This document shows positions 14,295 to 25,801 of a stretch of 64,000 nucleotides of DNA, one piece after another (positions within the stretch are counted from its first letter, which is position 1; each line of letters starts with the position of its first letter). The notes below the pieces were generated by a model. It ran no database searches. It was not told the DNA's origin and saw only the letters and a list, made by a program, of their open reading frames with translations. The stretch covers positions 43,214,001 through 43,278,000 of the forward strand of contig OX597828.1 of assembly GCA_951406725.2 (NCBI GenBank), written 5' to 3'. This stretch comes from Octopus vulgaris (Eukaryota). The translations under genes were made by a program, and so were the position numbers.

Positions 14295-17200
14295 AGGGTA
14301 CCGACATAGATCAAAGAGGATGCCGACATAGATCAAAGAGGGTGCCGACATAGATCAAAGAGGGCACCGACAGAAATCAAAGAGGGCACCGACAGAAATC
14401 AAAGAGGGTGCCGACAGAGATCAAAGAGGGTGCCGACATAGATCAAAGAGGGTGCCGACATAGATCAAAGAGGTTGCCGACAGAGATCAAAGAGGTTGCC
14501 GTCATAGATCAAAGAGGGTGCCGACAGAGATCAAAGAGGTTGCCGACAGAGATCAAAGAGGGTGCCGACAGAGATCAAAGAGGGTCCCGACAGAGATCAA
14601 AGAGGGTGCCGACAGAGATCAAAGTTGGTGCCGACAGAGATCAAAGAGTGTGCCGACAGAGATCAAAGAGGGTGCCGACATAGATCAAAGAGGGTGCCGA
14701 CAGAGATCAAAGAGGGTGCCGACATAAATCAAAGAGGGTGCCGACATAGATCAAAGAGGGTGCCGAGAGAGATCAAAGAGGGTGCCGAGAGAGATCAAAG
14801 AGGGTGCCAACAGAGATCAAAGAGGGTGCCGACAGAGATCAAAGAGGGTGCCGAGATAGATCAAAGAGGGTGCCGACATAGATCAAAGAGGGTGCCGACA
14901 GAGATCAAAGAGGGTGCCGACATAGACCAAAGAGGGTGCCGACAGAGATCAAAGAGGGTGCCGACAGATATCAAAGAGGGTGCCGACAGAGATCAAAGAG
15001 GGTGCCGACAGAGATCAAAGAGGGTGCCGACAGAGATAAAAGAGGGTGCCGACTTAAATCAAAGAGGGTGCCGACATAGATCAAAGAGGGTGCCGATAGA
15101 GATCAAAGAGGCGCCGACAGAGATCAAAGAGGGTGCCGACATAGATCAAAGAGGGTGCCGACAGAGATCAAAGAGGGTGCCGACAGAGATCAAAGAGGGT
15201 GCCGACAGAGATCAAAGAGGGTGTCGACATAGATCAAAGAGGGTGCCGACAGAGATCAAAGAGGGTGCCGACAGAGATCAAAGAGGGTGCCGACAGAGAT
15301 CAAAGAGGGTGCCGACATAGATCAAAGAGGGTGCCGACATAGATCAAAGAGGGTGCCGACAGAGATCAAAGAGGGTGCCGACATAAATCAAAGAGGGTGC
15401 CGACAGAGATCAAAGAGGCGCCGACAGAGATCAAAGAGGGTGCCGACATAGATCAAAGAGGGTGCCGACAGAGATCAAAGAGGGTGCCGACAGAGATCAA
15501 AGAGGGTGCCGACAGAGATCAAAGAGGGTGCCGACAGAGATCAAAGAGGGTGACGACATAGATCAAACTGGGTGCCGACATAGATCAAAGAGGGTGCCGA
15601 CAGAGATCAAAGAGGGTGCCGACATAAATCAAAGAGGGTGCCGACAGAGATCAAAGAGGGTGCCGACAGGGATCAAAGAGGGTGCCGACAGAGATCAAAG
15701 AGGGTGCCGACAGAGATCAAAGAGGGTGCCGACAGAGATCAAAGAGGGTGCCGACATAGATCAAAGAGGGTGCCGACATAGATCAAAGAGGGTGCCGACA
15801 GAGATCAAAGAGGGTGCCGACAGAGATCAAAGATGGTGCCGACATAAATCAAAGAGGGTGCCGACAGAGATCAAAGAGGGTGCCGACATAGAACAAAGAG
15901 GGTGCCGACAGAGATCAAAGAGGGTGCCGACAGAGATCAAAGAGGGTGCCGACATAGATGAAAGAGGGTGCCGACTGAGATCAAAGAGGGTGCCGACAGA
16001 GATCAAAGAGGGTGCCGACAGAGATCAAAGAGGGTGCCGACAGAGATCAAAGAGGGTGCCGACATAGATCAAAGTTGGTGCCGACATAGATCAAAGAGGG
16101 TGCCGACAGAGATCAAAGAGGGTGCCGACAGAGATCAAAGAGGGTGCCGACAGAGATCAAAGAGGGTGCCGACAGAGATCAAAGAGGGTGCCGACAGAGA
16201 TCAAAGAGGGTGCCGACAGATCAAAGAGGGTGCCGACAGAGATCAAAGAGGGTGCCGACATAGATCAAAGAGGGTGCCGACATAGATCAAAGAGGGTGCC
16301 GACATAGATCAAAGAGGGTGCCGACAGAGATCAAAGATGGTGCCGACATAAATCAAAGAGGGTGCCGACAGAGATCAAAGAGGGTGCCGACATAGAACAA
16401 AGAGGGTGCCGACAGAGATCAAAGAGGGTGCCGACAGAGATCAAAGAGGGTGCCGACATAGATGAAAGTGGGTGCCGACTGAGATCAAAGAGGGTGCCGA
16501 CAGAGATCAAAGAGGGTGCCGACATAGATGAAAGAGGGTGCCGACAGAGATCAAAGTTGGTGCCGACATAGATGAAAGAGGGTGCCGACAGAGATCAAAG
16601 AGGGTGCCGACAGAGATCAAAGAGGGTGCCGACATAGATCAAAGAGGGTGCCGACATAGATCAAAGAGGGTGCCGACAGAGATCAAAGAGGGTGCCGACA
16701 TAGATCAAAGAGGGTGCCGACAGAGATCAAAGAGGGTGCCGACAGAGATCAAAGTTGGTGCCGACAGAGATCAAAGAGGTGCCGACAGAGATCAAAGAGG
16801 GTGCCGACATAGATCAAAGATGGTGCCGAAAGAGATCAAAGAGGGTGCCGACAGAGATCAAAGAGGGTGCCGACAGAGATCAAAGAGGTGCCGACAGAGA
16901 TCAAAGAGGGTGCCGACATAGATCAAAGAGGGTACCGACATAGATCAAAGAGGGTGCCGACAGAGATCAAAGAGGGTGCCGACAGAGATCAAAGAGGGTG
17001 CCGACAGAGATCAAAGAGGGTGCCGACAGAGATCAAAGAGGGTGCCGACATAGATCAAAGAGGGTGCCGACAGAGAGATCAAAGAGGGTGCCGACAGAGA
17101 TCAAAGAGGGTGCCGACAGAGATCAAAGAGGGTGCCGACAGAGATCAAAGAGGGTGCCGACAGAGATCAAAGAGGGTGCCGACATAGATCAAAGAGGGTG

Positions 17201-18704
17201 CCGACAGAGATCAAAGAGGGTGCCGACATAGATCAAAGAGGGTGCCGACAGAGATCAAAGAGGGTGCCGACAGAGATCAAAGAGGGTGCCGACAGAGATC
17301 AAAGAGGGTGCCGACATAGATCAAAGAGGGTGCCGACAGAGATCAAAGAGGGTGCCGACAGAGATCAAAGAGGGTGCCGACAGAGATCAAAGAGGGTGCC
17401 GACAGAGATCAAAGAGGGTGCCGACATAGATCAAAGAGGGTGCCGACAGAGATCAAAGAGGGTGCCGACAGAGATCAAAGAGGGTGCCGACAGAGATCAA
17501 AGAGGGTGCCGACAGAGATCAAAGAGGGTGACGACAGAGATCAAAGGGTGCCGACAGAGATCAAAGAGGGTGCCGACAGAGATCAAAGAGGGTGCCGACA
17601 TAGATCAAAGAGGGTGCCGACAGAGATCAAAGAGGGTGCCGACAGAGATCAAAGAGGGTGCCGACAGAGATCAAAGAGGGTGCCGACATAGATCAAAGAG
17701 GGTGCCGACAGAGATCAAAGAGGGTGCCGACAGAGATCAAAGAGGGTGCCGACAGAGATCAAAGAGGGTGCCGACATAGATCAAAGAGGGTGCCGACAGA
17801 GATCAAAGATGGTGCCGACATAGATCAAAGAGGGTGCCGACAGAGATCAAAGAGGGTGCCGACATAGATCAAAGAGGGTGCCGACAGAGATCAAAGAGGG
17901 TGCCGACAGAGATCAAAGAGGGTGCCGACAGAGATCAAAGTGGGTGCCGACTGAGATCAAAGAGGGTGCCGACAGAGATCAAAGAGGGTGCCGACATAGA
18001 TCAAAGAGGGTGCCGACAGAGATCAAAGTTGGTGCCGACATAGATGAAAGAGGGTGCCGACAGAGATCAAAGAGGGTGCCGACAGAGATCAAAGAGGGTG
18101 CCGACATAGATCAAAGAGGGTGCCGACATAGATCAAAGAGGGTGCCGACAGAGATCAAAGAGGGTGCCGACATAGATCAAAGAGGGTGCCGACAGAGATC
18201 AAAGAGGGTGCCGACAGAGATCAAAGTTGGTGCCGACAGAGATCAAAGAGGCGCCGACAGAGATCAAAGAGGGTGCCGACATAGATCAAAGATGGTGCCG
18301 ACAGAGATCAAAGAGGGTGCCGACATAGATCAAAGAGGGTGCCGACAGAGATCAAAGAGGGTGCCGACATAGATCAAAGAGGGTGCCGACTGAGATCAAA
18401 GTTGGTGCCGATAGAGATCAAAGTTGGTGCCGACAGAGATCAAAGAGGGTGCCGACATAGATCAAAGAGGGTGCCGACAGAGATCAAAGAGGGTGCCGAC
18501 AGAGATCCAAGAGGGCACCGACAGAGATCAAAGACGGCGCCGACAGAGATCAAAGAAGGTGCCGACATAGATCAAAAGGCGCAGCGACATAGATCAAAGA
18601 GGGTGCCGACATAGATCAAAGACGGTGCCGACATAGATCAAAGAGGCTGCCGATAGAGATCAAAGAGCATGTCGACAGAGAGCATCAAAGACGGTGCCGA
18701 CAGA
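14295..18704 (+). repeat. 22-bp minisatellite (AGGGTGCCGACA[G/T]AGATCAAAG), about 200 copies
   Basis: Directly visible tandem array with a homogeneous centre and more diverged edges. Confidence 0.98.
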
Positions 18705-19161
18705 TATTCCAGACATTCCTGACATTCCTGATATTCCAGTCGTTCCAGACATTCCAGTCATTCCTGACATTCCAGACATTCCTGACATTCCAGACATTCC
18801 TGTCATTCCAGACATTCCTTACATTCCAGACATTCCTGTCATTCCAAACATTCCTGTCATTCCAGGTATTCCTGACATTCCAGGCATTCCTGAACTTCCA
18901 GATATTCCTGACATTCCAGGCATTCCTGACATCCCTGACATTCCATACATTAATGACATTCCTGACATTCCAGACATTCCCAACATTCTTGACATTCCCG
19001 ACATTCCTGACATTCCCGACATTCTAAACATTCCTAACATTCCAGACATTTCTGACTTTCCAGACATTCCTGACATTCCTGACATTCCAGACATTCCTGA
19101 TATTCCATACATTCCTGACATTCCATACATTCTTCACATTCCTGACATTCCATGCATTCCA
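18702..19161 (+). repeat. 9-bp tandem repeat (GACATTCC[T/A]), about 50 copies
   Basis: Visible tandem array directly abutting the 22-bp array. Confidence 0.95.
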
Positions 19162-19164
19162 ATT

Positions 19165-19262
19165 TTTGAATGGCGTCATATGAAGGCTAAAACAATGAGA
19201 AGTGCATTATGACCAGCGATGTGTAGCAACATCTGATAGCCTGTCGGTCTCGGTGATCACGG
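19165..19262 (+). mobile_element. SINE family B 3' end fragment
   Basis: GAAGGCTAAAACAATG..GACCAGCGATGTGTAGCAACATCTG. Confidence 0.8.
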
Positions 19263-19311
19263 TATATATATGTATATGTGTGAATATACATATGTGTGTA
19301 TATATATATAT

Positions 19312-19607
19312 ATCTTTATATATAAAAGTGAAGTTGTGTGTCTGTCTCCTACGATTTAGATTCCTAACTACTCCCACATTTTGCGGTGCAGTTTAACCAA
19401 AACCGGGTATCTTATAGTCGTGATTCATATCGAGCCCTTCTGCGTATTAGCGCGCGTCTACTATGAGTCTACGATTTTAAAAAAATTACCATAATTTTTT
19501 TTCCATTTTTAATGCATTTTTTTGCTATTTTTTTGGTTATAACTCTCTAAAAATGCTTATATAGTTATTTCCCTTACAAACCCGAGCAACGCCGGGCGAT
19601 ACTGCTA

Positions 19608-19609
<2 letters not shown>
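19312..19609 (-). mobile_element. Helentron/DINE-1-like non-autonomous element
   Basis: 5' ACTAGCAGTATCGCCCGGCGTTGCTCGGG hairpin head, GACAGACAC motif and TTTTATATATAAAGAT end, located in (TA)n. Confidence 0.6.
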
Positions 19610-19658
<49 letters not shown>

Positions 19659-19965
19659 ATCAGTAATAATAAAGGAGGGTAAAATTAAATAATTAATTAG
19701 AAATTAATAATTCCACCAAGTAGTGTTCAGCATGTTAAAAGGACCATTTACGGTAAATTTAAACATTACGTTTTATAATTATGAGTATAATTATGATTAG
19801 GGTTCTGCAAAAGAAATTTGCTTTGCCACACACCGAACTTTTAGAAATAGCAGTTAAAGAAATTTTCTTCTACTATAAGAAGAATCTCCCAGACAACGTA
19901 TACTTAAAAACAATTCACGTAGGCATAGAGGAAAAAATAACGAAAATTCACTCGGCATTTGATTG

Positions 19966-20048
19966 CTTGTGGACGCGTTTCTGAGTTAGATAGATATGGA
20001 AATGCAACAATTACATCTTCATTCTACCATTCTCTTCATCAGCACAAA
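19966..20048 (-). ncRNA. Type I hammerhead ribozyme motif with long stem II
   Basis: Minus strand: TTTGTG-CTGATGA-A-GAG..GGTAGA..GATGTAA/TTGCATT..TCTATC..CTC-A-GAAAC-GC-GTC-CACAAG. 6-bp stem I and palindromic ACGCGT stem III; A.A mismatch at the base of stem II. Confidence 0.75.
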
Positions 20049-20156
20049 GATTTCAAGATTTAAATTAGAGAGGACTGAAAAAATTGAACATACCTATCTG
20101 ATTCAAGTAACATCTAAAAATAGATTTACAACAAAATAAATTTACAACAAATGATA

Positions 20157-20265
20157 TCGAGACCTGAAGAGTGACTATGTATCGTTGGATCAAAGAAATA
20201 TTACTTTTGATTATTGATTTTGATATTGTAGATTCGTATACATAGTAACGAAACGCGTATCGTCG
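20157..20265 (+). ncRNA. Hammerhead-like motif with long stem II (stem I imperfect)
   Basis: CTGAAGA (20164), GTGACTATGTAT...ATACATAGTAAC (11 of 12 bp), GAAAC-GC-GTA. Stem I register is disturbed. Confidence 0.6.
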
Positions 20266-20434
20266 TTTTTAATGTATATTTTTAATGTGTATTATTTACC
20301 ATAGAAATTTTTAGCACGATATTAATAATAAAGTCGTTTTAATGTGTAGGAATTTAACGTTAATTATAATATATTTAAATTTATATATCTTTAAGTATTA
20401 ATTGAATTACTTTATGGAGGTTCTATCTCTTATT

Positions 20435-20496
<62 letters not shown>

Positions 20497-20544
20497 TGTG
20501 TGTGTGTGTGTGTGTCTGTGTGCGTGTGTGCGTGTGTGTGTGTT

Positions 20545-20725
20545 CAGTAATGTAACTACACTTGTGACGTTGGCAATTACTTGTCCTTCTTTTGACTTTT
20601 CTCTGTCTCCCTTCCGAGAAAGAGCTATGCTCGAAACGTCAGACTCTCTCCTTTCAGCGAGCGTCAAGCTAATACATTCCTTATGCACGTCCTCATGTCG
20701 TCCGTTTTTATTCATCTATTTGAAT
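20545..20725 (+). mobile_element. Degenerate copy of the minimal-HHR pLTR family
   Basis: AAGAGCTATGCTCGAAACGTCAGAC followed by GAGCGTCAAGCTAATAC, similar to the 49060-49110 region. The CUGANGA core is decayed. Confidence 0.5.
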
Positions 20726-20769
20726 ATACTACACACGCACATATTTGATATATATATATATATGTGTGT

Positions 20770-21067
20770 GGGGAGGTGCAATGGCCCAGTGGTTAGGGCA
20801 GCGGACTTGCGGTCGTAGGATCGCGGTTTCGATTCCCAGACCGGGCGTTGTGAGTGTTTATTGAGCGAAAACACCTAAAAGCTCCACGAGGCTCCGGCAG
20901 GGGGTGGTGATCCCTGCTGTACTCTTTCACCACTCTTTCTCCCACTCTTTCTTCTGTTGGCCTGCTCGCTTGCCAGCGGGGTGGCATCATTTGAAGGCTA
21001 AAACAATGCGAACGCATTGTGACCAGCGATGTGTAACAACATCTGATGGTCTGGTCGGTCACGTGAT

Positions 21068-21076
<9 letters not shown>
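20770..21076 (+). mobile_element. tRNA-derived SINE family B
   Basis: A box TGGCCCAGTGG, B-box-like GGTTTCGATTCC and CACGTGAT tail. Confidence 0.9.
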
Positions 21077-21131
<55 letters not shown>

Positions 21132-21374
21132 GGGTGTCTGTGAATCTGTATGTATAAGTGTATGAGGTCGCGTATCCACTATTAATTAATTATTGGCTAA
21201 TATCTAAACCAATGAATGCTGTCAACCACTAAATTTCTAATGAACTAGCACTACAAACTGACAACTTGATCCAATTAAATATAAATCTCTTATAACACCT
21301 AGCATAAATTTAAGGGACCATAGAAACATCAAACTTCAATTAATCCAATACCAGACAATGGAAGGATTCCAAAG

Positions 21375-21545
21375 TATTAGGATTACACGTTGGGATATTA
21401 TCGATACGTTCTTGACGCATTCATTCAACATTACATAGGACGATGTGGAGGCATAATCGTCTGTATATATCCAGATAAATTAGTGCGGAGATTGTTACGT
21501 CAGCAAGTACATAGCTCGTATGCTAACAAGATGGCTAGATGGTAG
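21375..21545 (+). pseudogene. Possible highly decayed LINE RT fragment (motifs B-C)
   Basis: Loose resemblance only: GLH.G...FNI..D.V and a decayed LYADDxA-like segment across frameshifts. Confidence 0.3.
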
Positions 21546-21604
21546 GCAAGGAGGTAAGTTGGCATAAGAAGTACAGCTAAAGCTGAAAAGTGTTCAGAGA
21601 TACT

Positions 21605-22128
21605 GGCTCAAATTTTGGTATTGGGCCAGGAAGCTCAAGGGAAAAGGTAAGTCGAATACATTGACCCCAGTGCTCAACTGGTATGTATTATCCATCACCA
21701 TCACCATCACGTGGCCGACCAGTCCATCAGATGTAGTTACACATCGCTGGTCACAATGCATTCGCATTGTTTTAGCCTTCGAATGACGCCACCCCGCTGG
21801 CTAAGCGAGCAGGCCAAGAAAGAGTGGGAGAAAGAGTGGTGAAAGAGTACAGCAGGGATCACCACCCCTGCCGGACCTCGTGGAGCTTTTTTAGGTGCTT
21901 TCGCTCAATAAACACTCACAACGCCCGGTCTGGGAATCGAAACCGCGATCCTACGACCGCGAGTCCGCTGCCCTAACCACTGGGCCATTGCGCCTCCACG
22001 GTATGTATTATATCCACCCGAAAGGATGAATACAAAATCGACCTCCTTGGAATCAGAACGCAAAGACGCACGAAATGCCGCAAAATATGTTGCTTGGCGT
22101 GCTAACGATTCTGCCAGCTCGCCGCCTT
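21605..22128 (-). mobile_element. SINE family C interrupted by SINE B
   Basis: Halves 21605-21691 and 22000-22128 rejoin across the TSD. Confidence 0.8.
21692..21999 (-). mobile_element. SINE family B with 12-bp TSD, nested in a SINE C
   Basis: TSD GGTATGTATTAT at 21680-21691 and 22000-22011. Confidence 0.92.
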
Positions 22129-22169
22129 AAATTGTTTAGAGATATAGAAGATAAATTAGTACAGGACTT

Positions 22170-22261
<92 letters not shown>

Positions 22262-22262
<1 letters not shown>

Positions 22263-22733
22263 ATTAAGAGTTATCGCCAAGCTAACATAGCAGTCCAGAT
22301 AAATAGGACGAATGCTGCCGTTGATTAGCTACAAGAGGCCTTTAGAGAGAATTAGAAAAAAATGATATTTCTGTTTTTGAAAACCAGTGAATGTATTCAA
22401 CTGAATTTAGGTAAATAATCCTTCGAACAGTCGGTCAGCAGCAACGCTTGCTGGATGAGGCTACTCCATATTGATAAGAGGCAAACACCTAGAAACTAAT
22501 CTGTGGATGCCAGACCAGCAAGGGGAAGCTACTGACCTCCCCTGTTCGAAGGTTGTAATAGACACAAGTTCGTGTGTCACATGGCTAGCTAGAGGCGATG
22601 GCCTCTTGGAGCTAATCAACGGCAGCATTCGTCCTATTTATCTGGACTGCTATGTTAGCTTGAGATATCTATTAATATCCAGTACCTGCTGCCGTAGTCT
22701 CCTTTAGAGAGAATTAGAAATAATGATATTTCT
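22262..22733. mobile_element. Insertion in (CTAT)n with a 63-bp inverted repeat and a ~33-bp direct repeat; probable PLE-type remnant
   Basis: 22278-22340 vs 22600-22662 inverted (1 mismatch). CCTTTAGAGAGAATTAGAAA..ATGATATTTCT occurs at 22339 and 22701. Confidence 0.6.
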
Positions 22734-23355
22734 ATCTATCTATCTCTATCTATCTATGTTTCTTTGTACTAGATGTGGTGCATCTCCGTTGTTCAACGAC
22801 GAGCATTTGTTTGGTTAATCAAATAAATAACCAGCTCCTGAAAAAATTAAGTTGGTAAATATTCCACACACGCATGTGTACCCTTAAAGTAATTCTCAGG
22901 CAAAGTAAAGGTGGCACTGTGTGTACCTTTTGGATTACATTCCCTACCGACAGACTTTTATAATTTTCAGTGTATCATATTGTTTCTCATCCAATTTTTT
23001 ACCTATGGTCTCCTTTGATTCCTAGTTTATTAAATCGGTTTCCAATAGCCATTCGATGTATTGAAAAGATCCTTTGGTATTCATATAAATATTATTAGGG
23101 ATTGTATAAAGAAATAGTGAAACTAATTTCTGTATTGTAGAAATATAACCAAATTATTACACATATATTTTAACAACAAAATCTTACATGGACACGTAAG
23201 GGTCGTGTGGACCCCAGTTGGGAGCCTCTCTTCTATCCAGTTTCACTCGTAAGGAATGGGTTAATGCTAGGCTATCGGAAGTGGCATTTGCCCATGGTAT
23301 GGCAAACTGGGATCGGACTAGTTAACTCGTGTTGAAGAAGTGAACTTTTTTCATT

Positions 23356-23494
<139 letters not shown>

Positions 23495-23542
23495 AAACAA
23501 ACACACGCACACACACACACATTATGGCTTGGAGAGAACAGT

Positions 23543-24010
23543 TTACCCAATGTAGCCGCCTTCAGGTTCCACTACAATCTCAAGAGGGCTCCAAGACATG
23601 GTGCATGTATTCCTCACCGTGTTCCTCAGAAAATATTCGAGCACCTCCTAGGACTTGGCCACCATCTCGGCTTTGGAGCTGCAGGCAGAACGGTTGCTAT
23701 CTTTCTCAAAAACGAGCCTCACATGGTTATCTATAGGATTACAATCGGAGGAATTAGGGAGCCAGAAATTAATCGTAGTTGTTTGAAATCGTAAACATTT
23801 CTCGACGACCACATCTGACTCGTTCTTGTTACCATACATATGGCCTTTCAGCAGCAATTCATTCCAGCCAGAATTTCGATCCTGTCTTCAGTGGCTTTGC
23901 ATAGCCGCCTTAATTAATCCTAAGGCCCCGTTAAAAAAATATGGAGGTGAATTCTGGCGTGACAACGCACGCAATAAGAAAACCTGCTATGTTCCTTTCT
24001 GCTGAAGACG
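23543..24010 (-). pseudogene. Tc1/mariner-superfamily DDD/E transposase relic (C-terminal part)
   Basis: FWLPNSSDCNPIDNHV (cf. WPPNSPDLNPLD) and terminal LEIVVEPEGGYIG* (cf. LEAVVEAEGGYIE), with stops and frameshifts. Confidence 0.8.
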
Positions 24011-24324
24011 GCTTCATAGAATTCATTTGCATTTATCTATTTCAAGTCTTGGAGTCATTAGAGTGTCCGCAGGATATTGAGTAGCAGTCATGACGGTCAG
24101 TATTTTGATACCCGGCGCGAATCATCATGATGCAGGTAACTCTCATCCAATATTTAGATTCCTTCCAACCTGCCATATCAGCATTTTCTCAACAACAACT
24201 TTCATATTTATTCTCTCCGACGCCGTTGATCGTTTTCTTCAAAAAAGTGACATAAAATATCTCAAATTCAGTGCCCGAACTTCCTGTATATATATCCACA
24301 CACACACACTCACTTCTAAATTAC

Positions 24325-24367
<43 letters not shown>

Positions 24368-24468
24368 GTTATGTAGGATAAAATTTTTTTCGAAAAAAAT
24401 TTTTATCAATGGCCAGCATATTAAAAAATACATTTAAAAGTTAAAATTATAAACAACTTATTTATAAG

Positions 24469-24508
<40 letters not shown>

Positions 24509-24797
24509 TAGCCGGCCGCCAACAATTTTTTCTGCAAAACAGGGGTAGCTTATACTGTTCAGGCTATATTATTAGCATTATCCTGCGTTTGAGAATTTAA
24601 AATCACTTTTTAACTTTCTAAGACATCTCAACACTTCTAAAGCAAACTTCGTTTGTTTGTTTACGTTGATCAAAACTTGAATTTAAAATATATATATATA
24701 TGTGCACACACTCGCATACTTATTAATGTATATACATACATACAAACATACATACACATATATATGTATATATATATTATATATTATATATATTATA

Positions 24798-24865
<68 letters not shown>

Positions 24866-24867
<2 letters not shown>

Positions 24868-24961
24868 TTATTTCTGTTCCATTTTAACAAAATTGTTCGA
24901 CGAACGGGAACGTGAAACTGAGTAACAGCTTTTGTCATATTTCTGCTGTTTTTAAATAAAG
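24866..24961 (+). repeat. Unclassified interspersed repeat; second copy at ~35635-35722
   Basis: TTTTAACAAAA..CGACGAACGGGAACGTGAAACT..GAGTAACAG shared. Confidence 0.8.
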
Positions 24962-25002
<41 letters not shown>

Positions 25003-25005
<3 letters not shown>

Positions 25006-25252
25006 TCGAAACGTAGAGTAGATGAAACCATGGCGACTGAAGAAGGGGTTTTTTCCTTGTGTTATTTGTCCTGTACTCTATTTTTTTTTGTTTAAGAAAT
25101 ATGTCCAGTTCCGTTGGTTGTGTCTATGTCTTCGTTTCTCATTGTGTTCGACGTTTTTTTTGGTGCCCTGTACTCATATATGCGTGTATATATACATGTA
25201 GAGGTAGGTACGTACATATATGTATATATATATGCATATGTTTTATTTATTA

Positions 25253-25255
<3 letters not shown>
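25003..25255 (+). repeat. Unclassified interspersed repeat; second copy inverted at 61563-61729
   Basis: High-identity reverse-complement match over ~165 bp (TGTCCAGTTCC..GTAGAGGTAGGTACGTAC). Both copies are bounded by (TA)n. Confidence 0.85.
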
Positions 25256-25299
<44 letters not shown>

Positions 25300-25738
25300 C
25301 ATGTATGCATGTATGCATATATAAAATACTATTATTTGCATTAATTCCTTAATTATTCCATCAAAACAATATTAAATCACCAAACTGCACTGGATGGGTA
25401 CAGAATCGCACTCTGTAACTTCCATATTCTCTCCAGGAATCATTAATCTAGTAGACAATAGAATGTACTTCTCTAAGTTACAGTGGAACTTGCTGATCAT
25501 TGTCTTGGAGCTATAAACACAGCTGGAATCAAACCGGAATTTAGGCATTCACCAGATTTCTATAGAAATCTGTCTGTTTTCCTGTCATATGAAAATAATG
25601 ATTGTAAGTAAACAGCTGGAATTGGTGAGATTTCTTTATCGATGGTCGCATGGTATCTCTTCAAATTAATAAATGACAGATTATATGTTTCTGCAACCAT
25701 ATGTTGTGATTGAACACATACACCAACATTGGGATGTA

Positions 25739-25801
<63 letters not shown>

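Larger units (their letters stand above)
19657..20410. mobile_element. Probable PLE pLTR remnant(s) with two divergent hammerheads
   Basis: AT-rich non-coding block bounded by (TA)n on the left and (TC)n(TA)n nearby on the right, containing opposite-strand HHR motifs. Confidence 0.55.

Noticed and set aside
14295-18704. CRISPR-like array or repeat-protein ORFs (MPTEIKEGADRDQRG...)
   Set aside because: There are no unique spacers and no cas genes. The ORFs are artefacts of a 22-bp unit cycling through frames with scattered stops.
18694-19212. (PDI)n ORF and antisense Gly-Met-Ser collagen/reflectin-like ORF
   Set aside because: A 9-bp unit is trivially open. There are no splice signals or non-repetitive domain, it runs into a SINE, and it lacks reflectin motifs.
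20770-20845. tRNA gene
   Set aside because: The tRNA-like A/B boxes are SINE heads continuing into SINE bodies, with no proper acceptor stem or terminator.
25003-25050. GAAACGTA...CTGAAGAAGGGG as a type II hammerhead
   Set aside because: No stem I pairing between GUA and CUGA.
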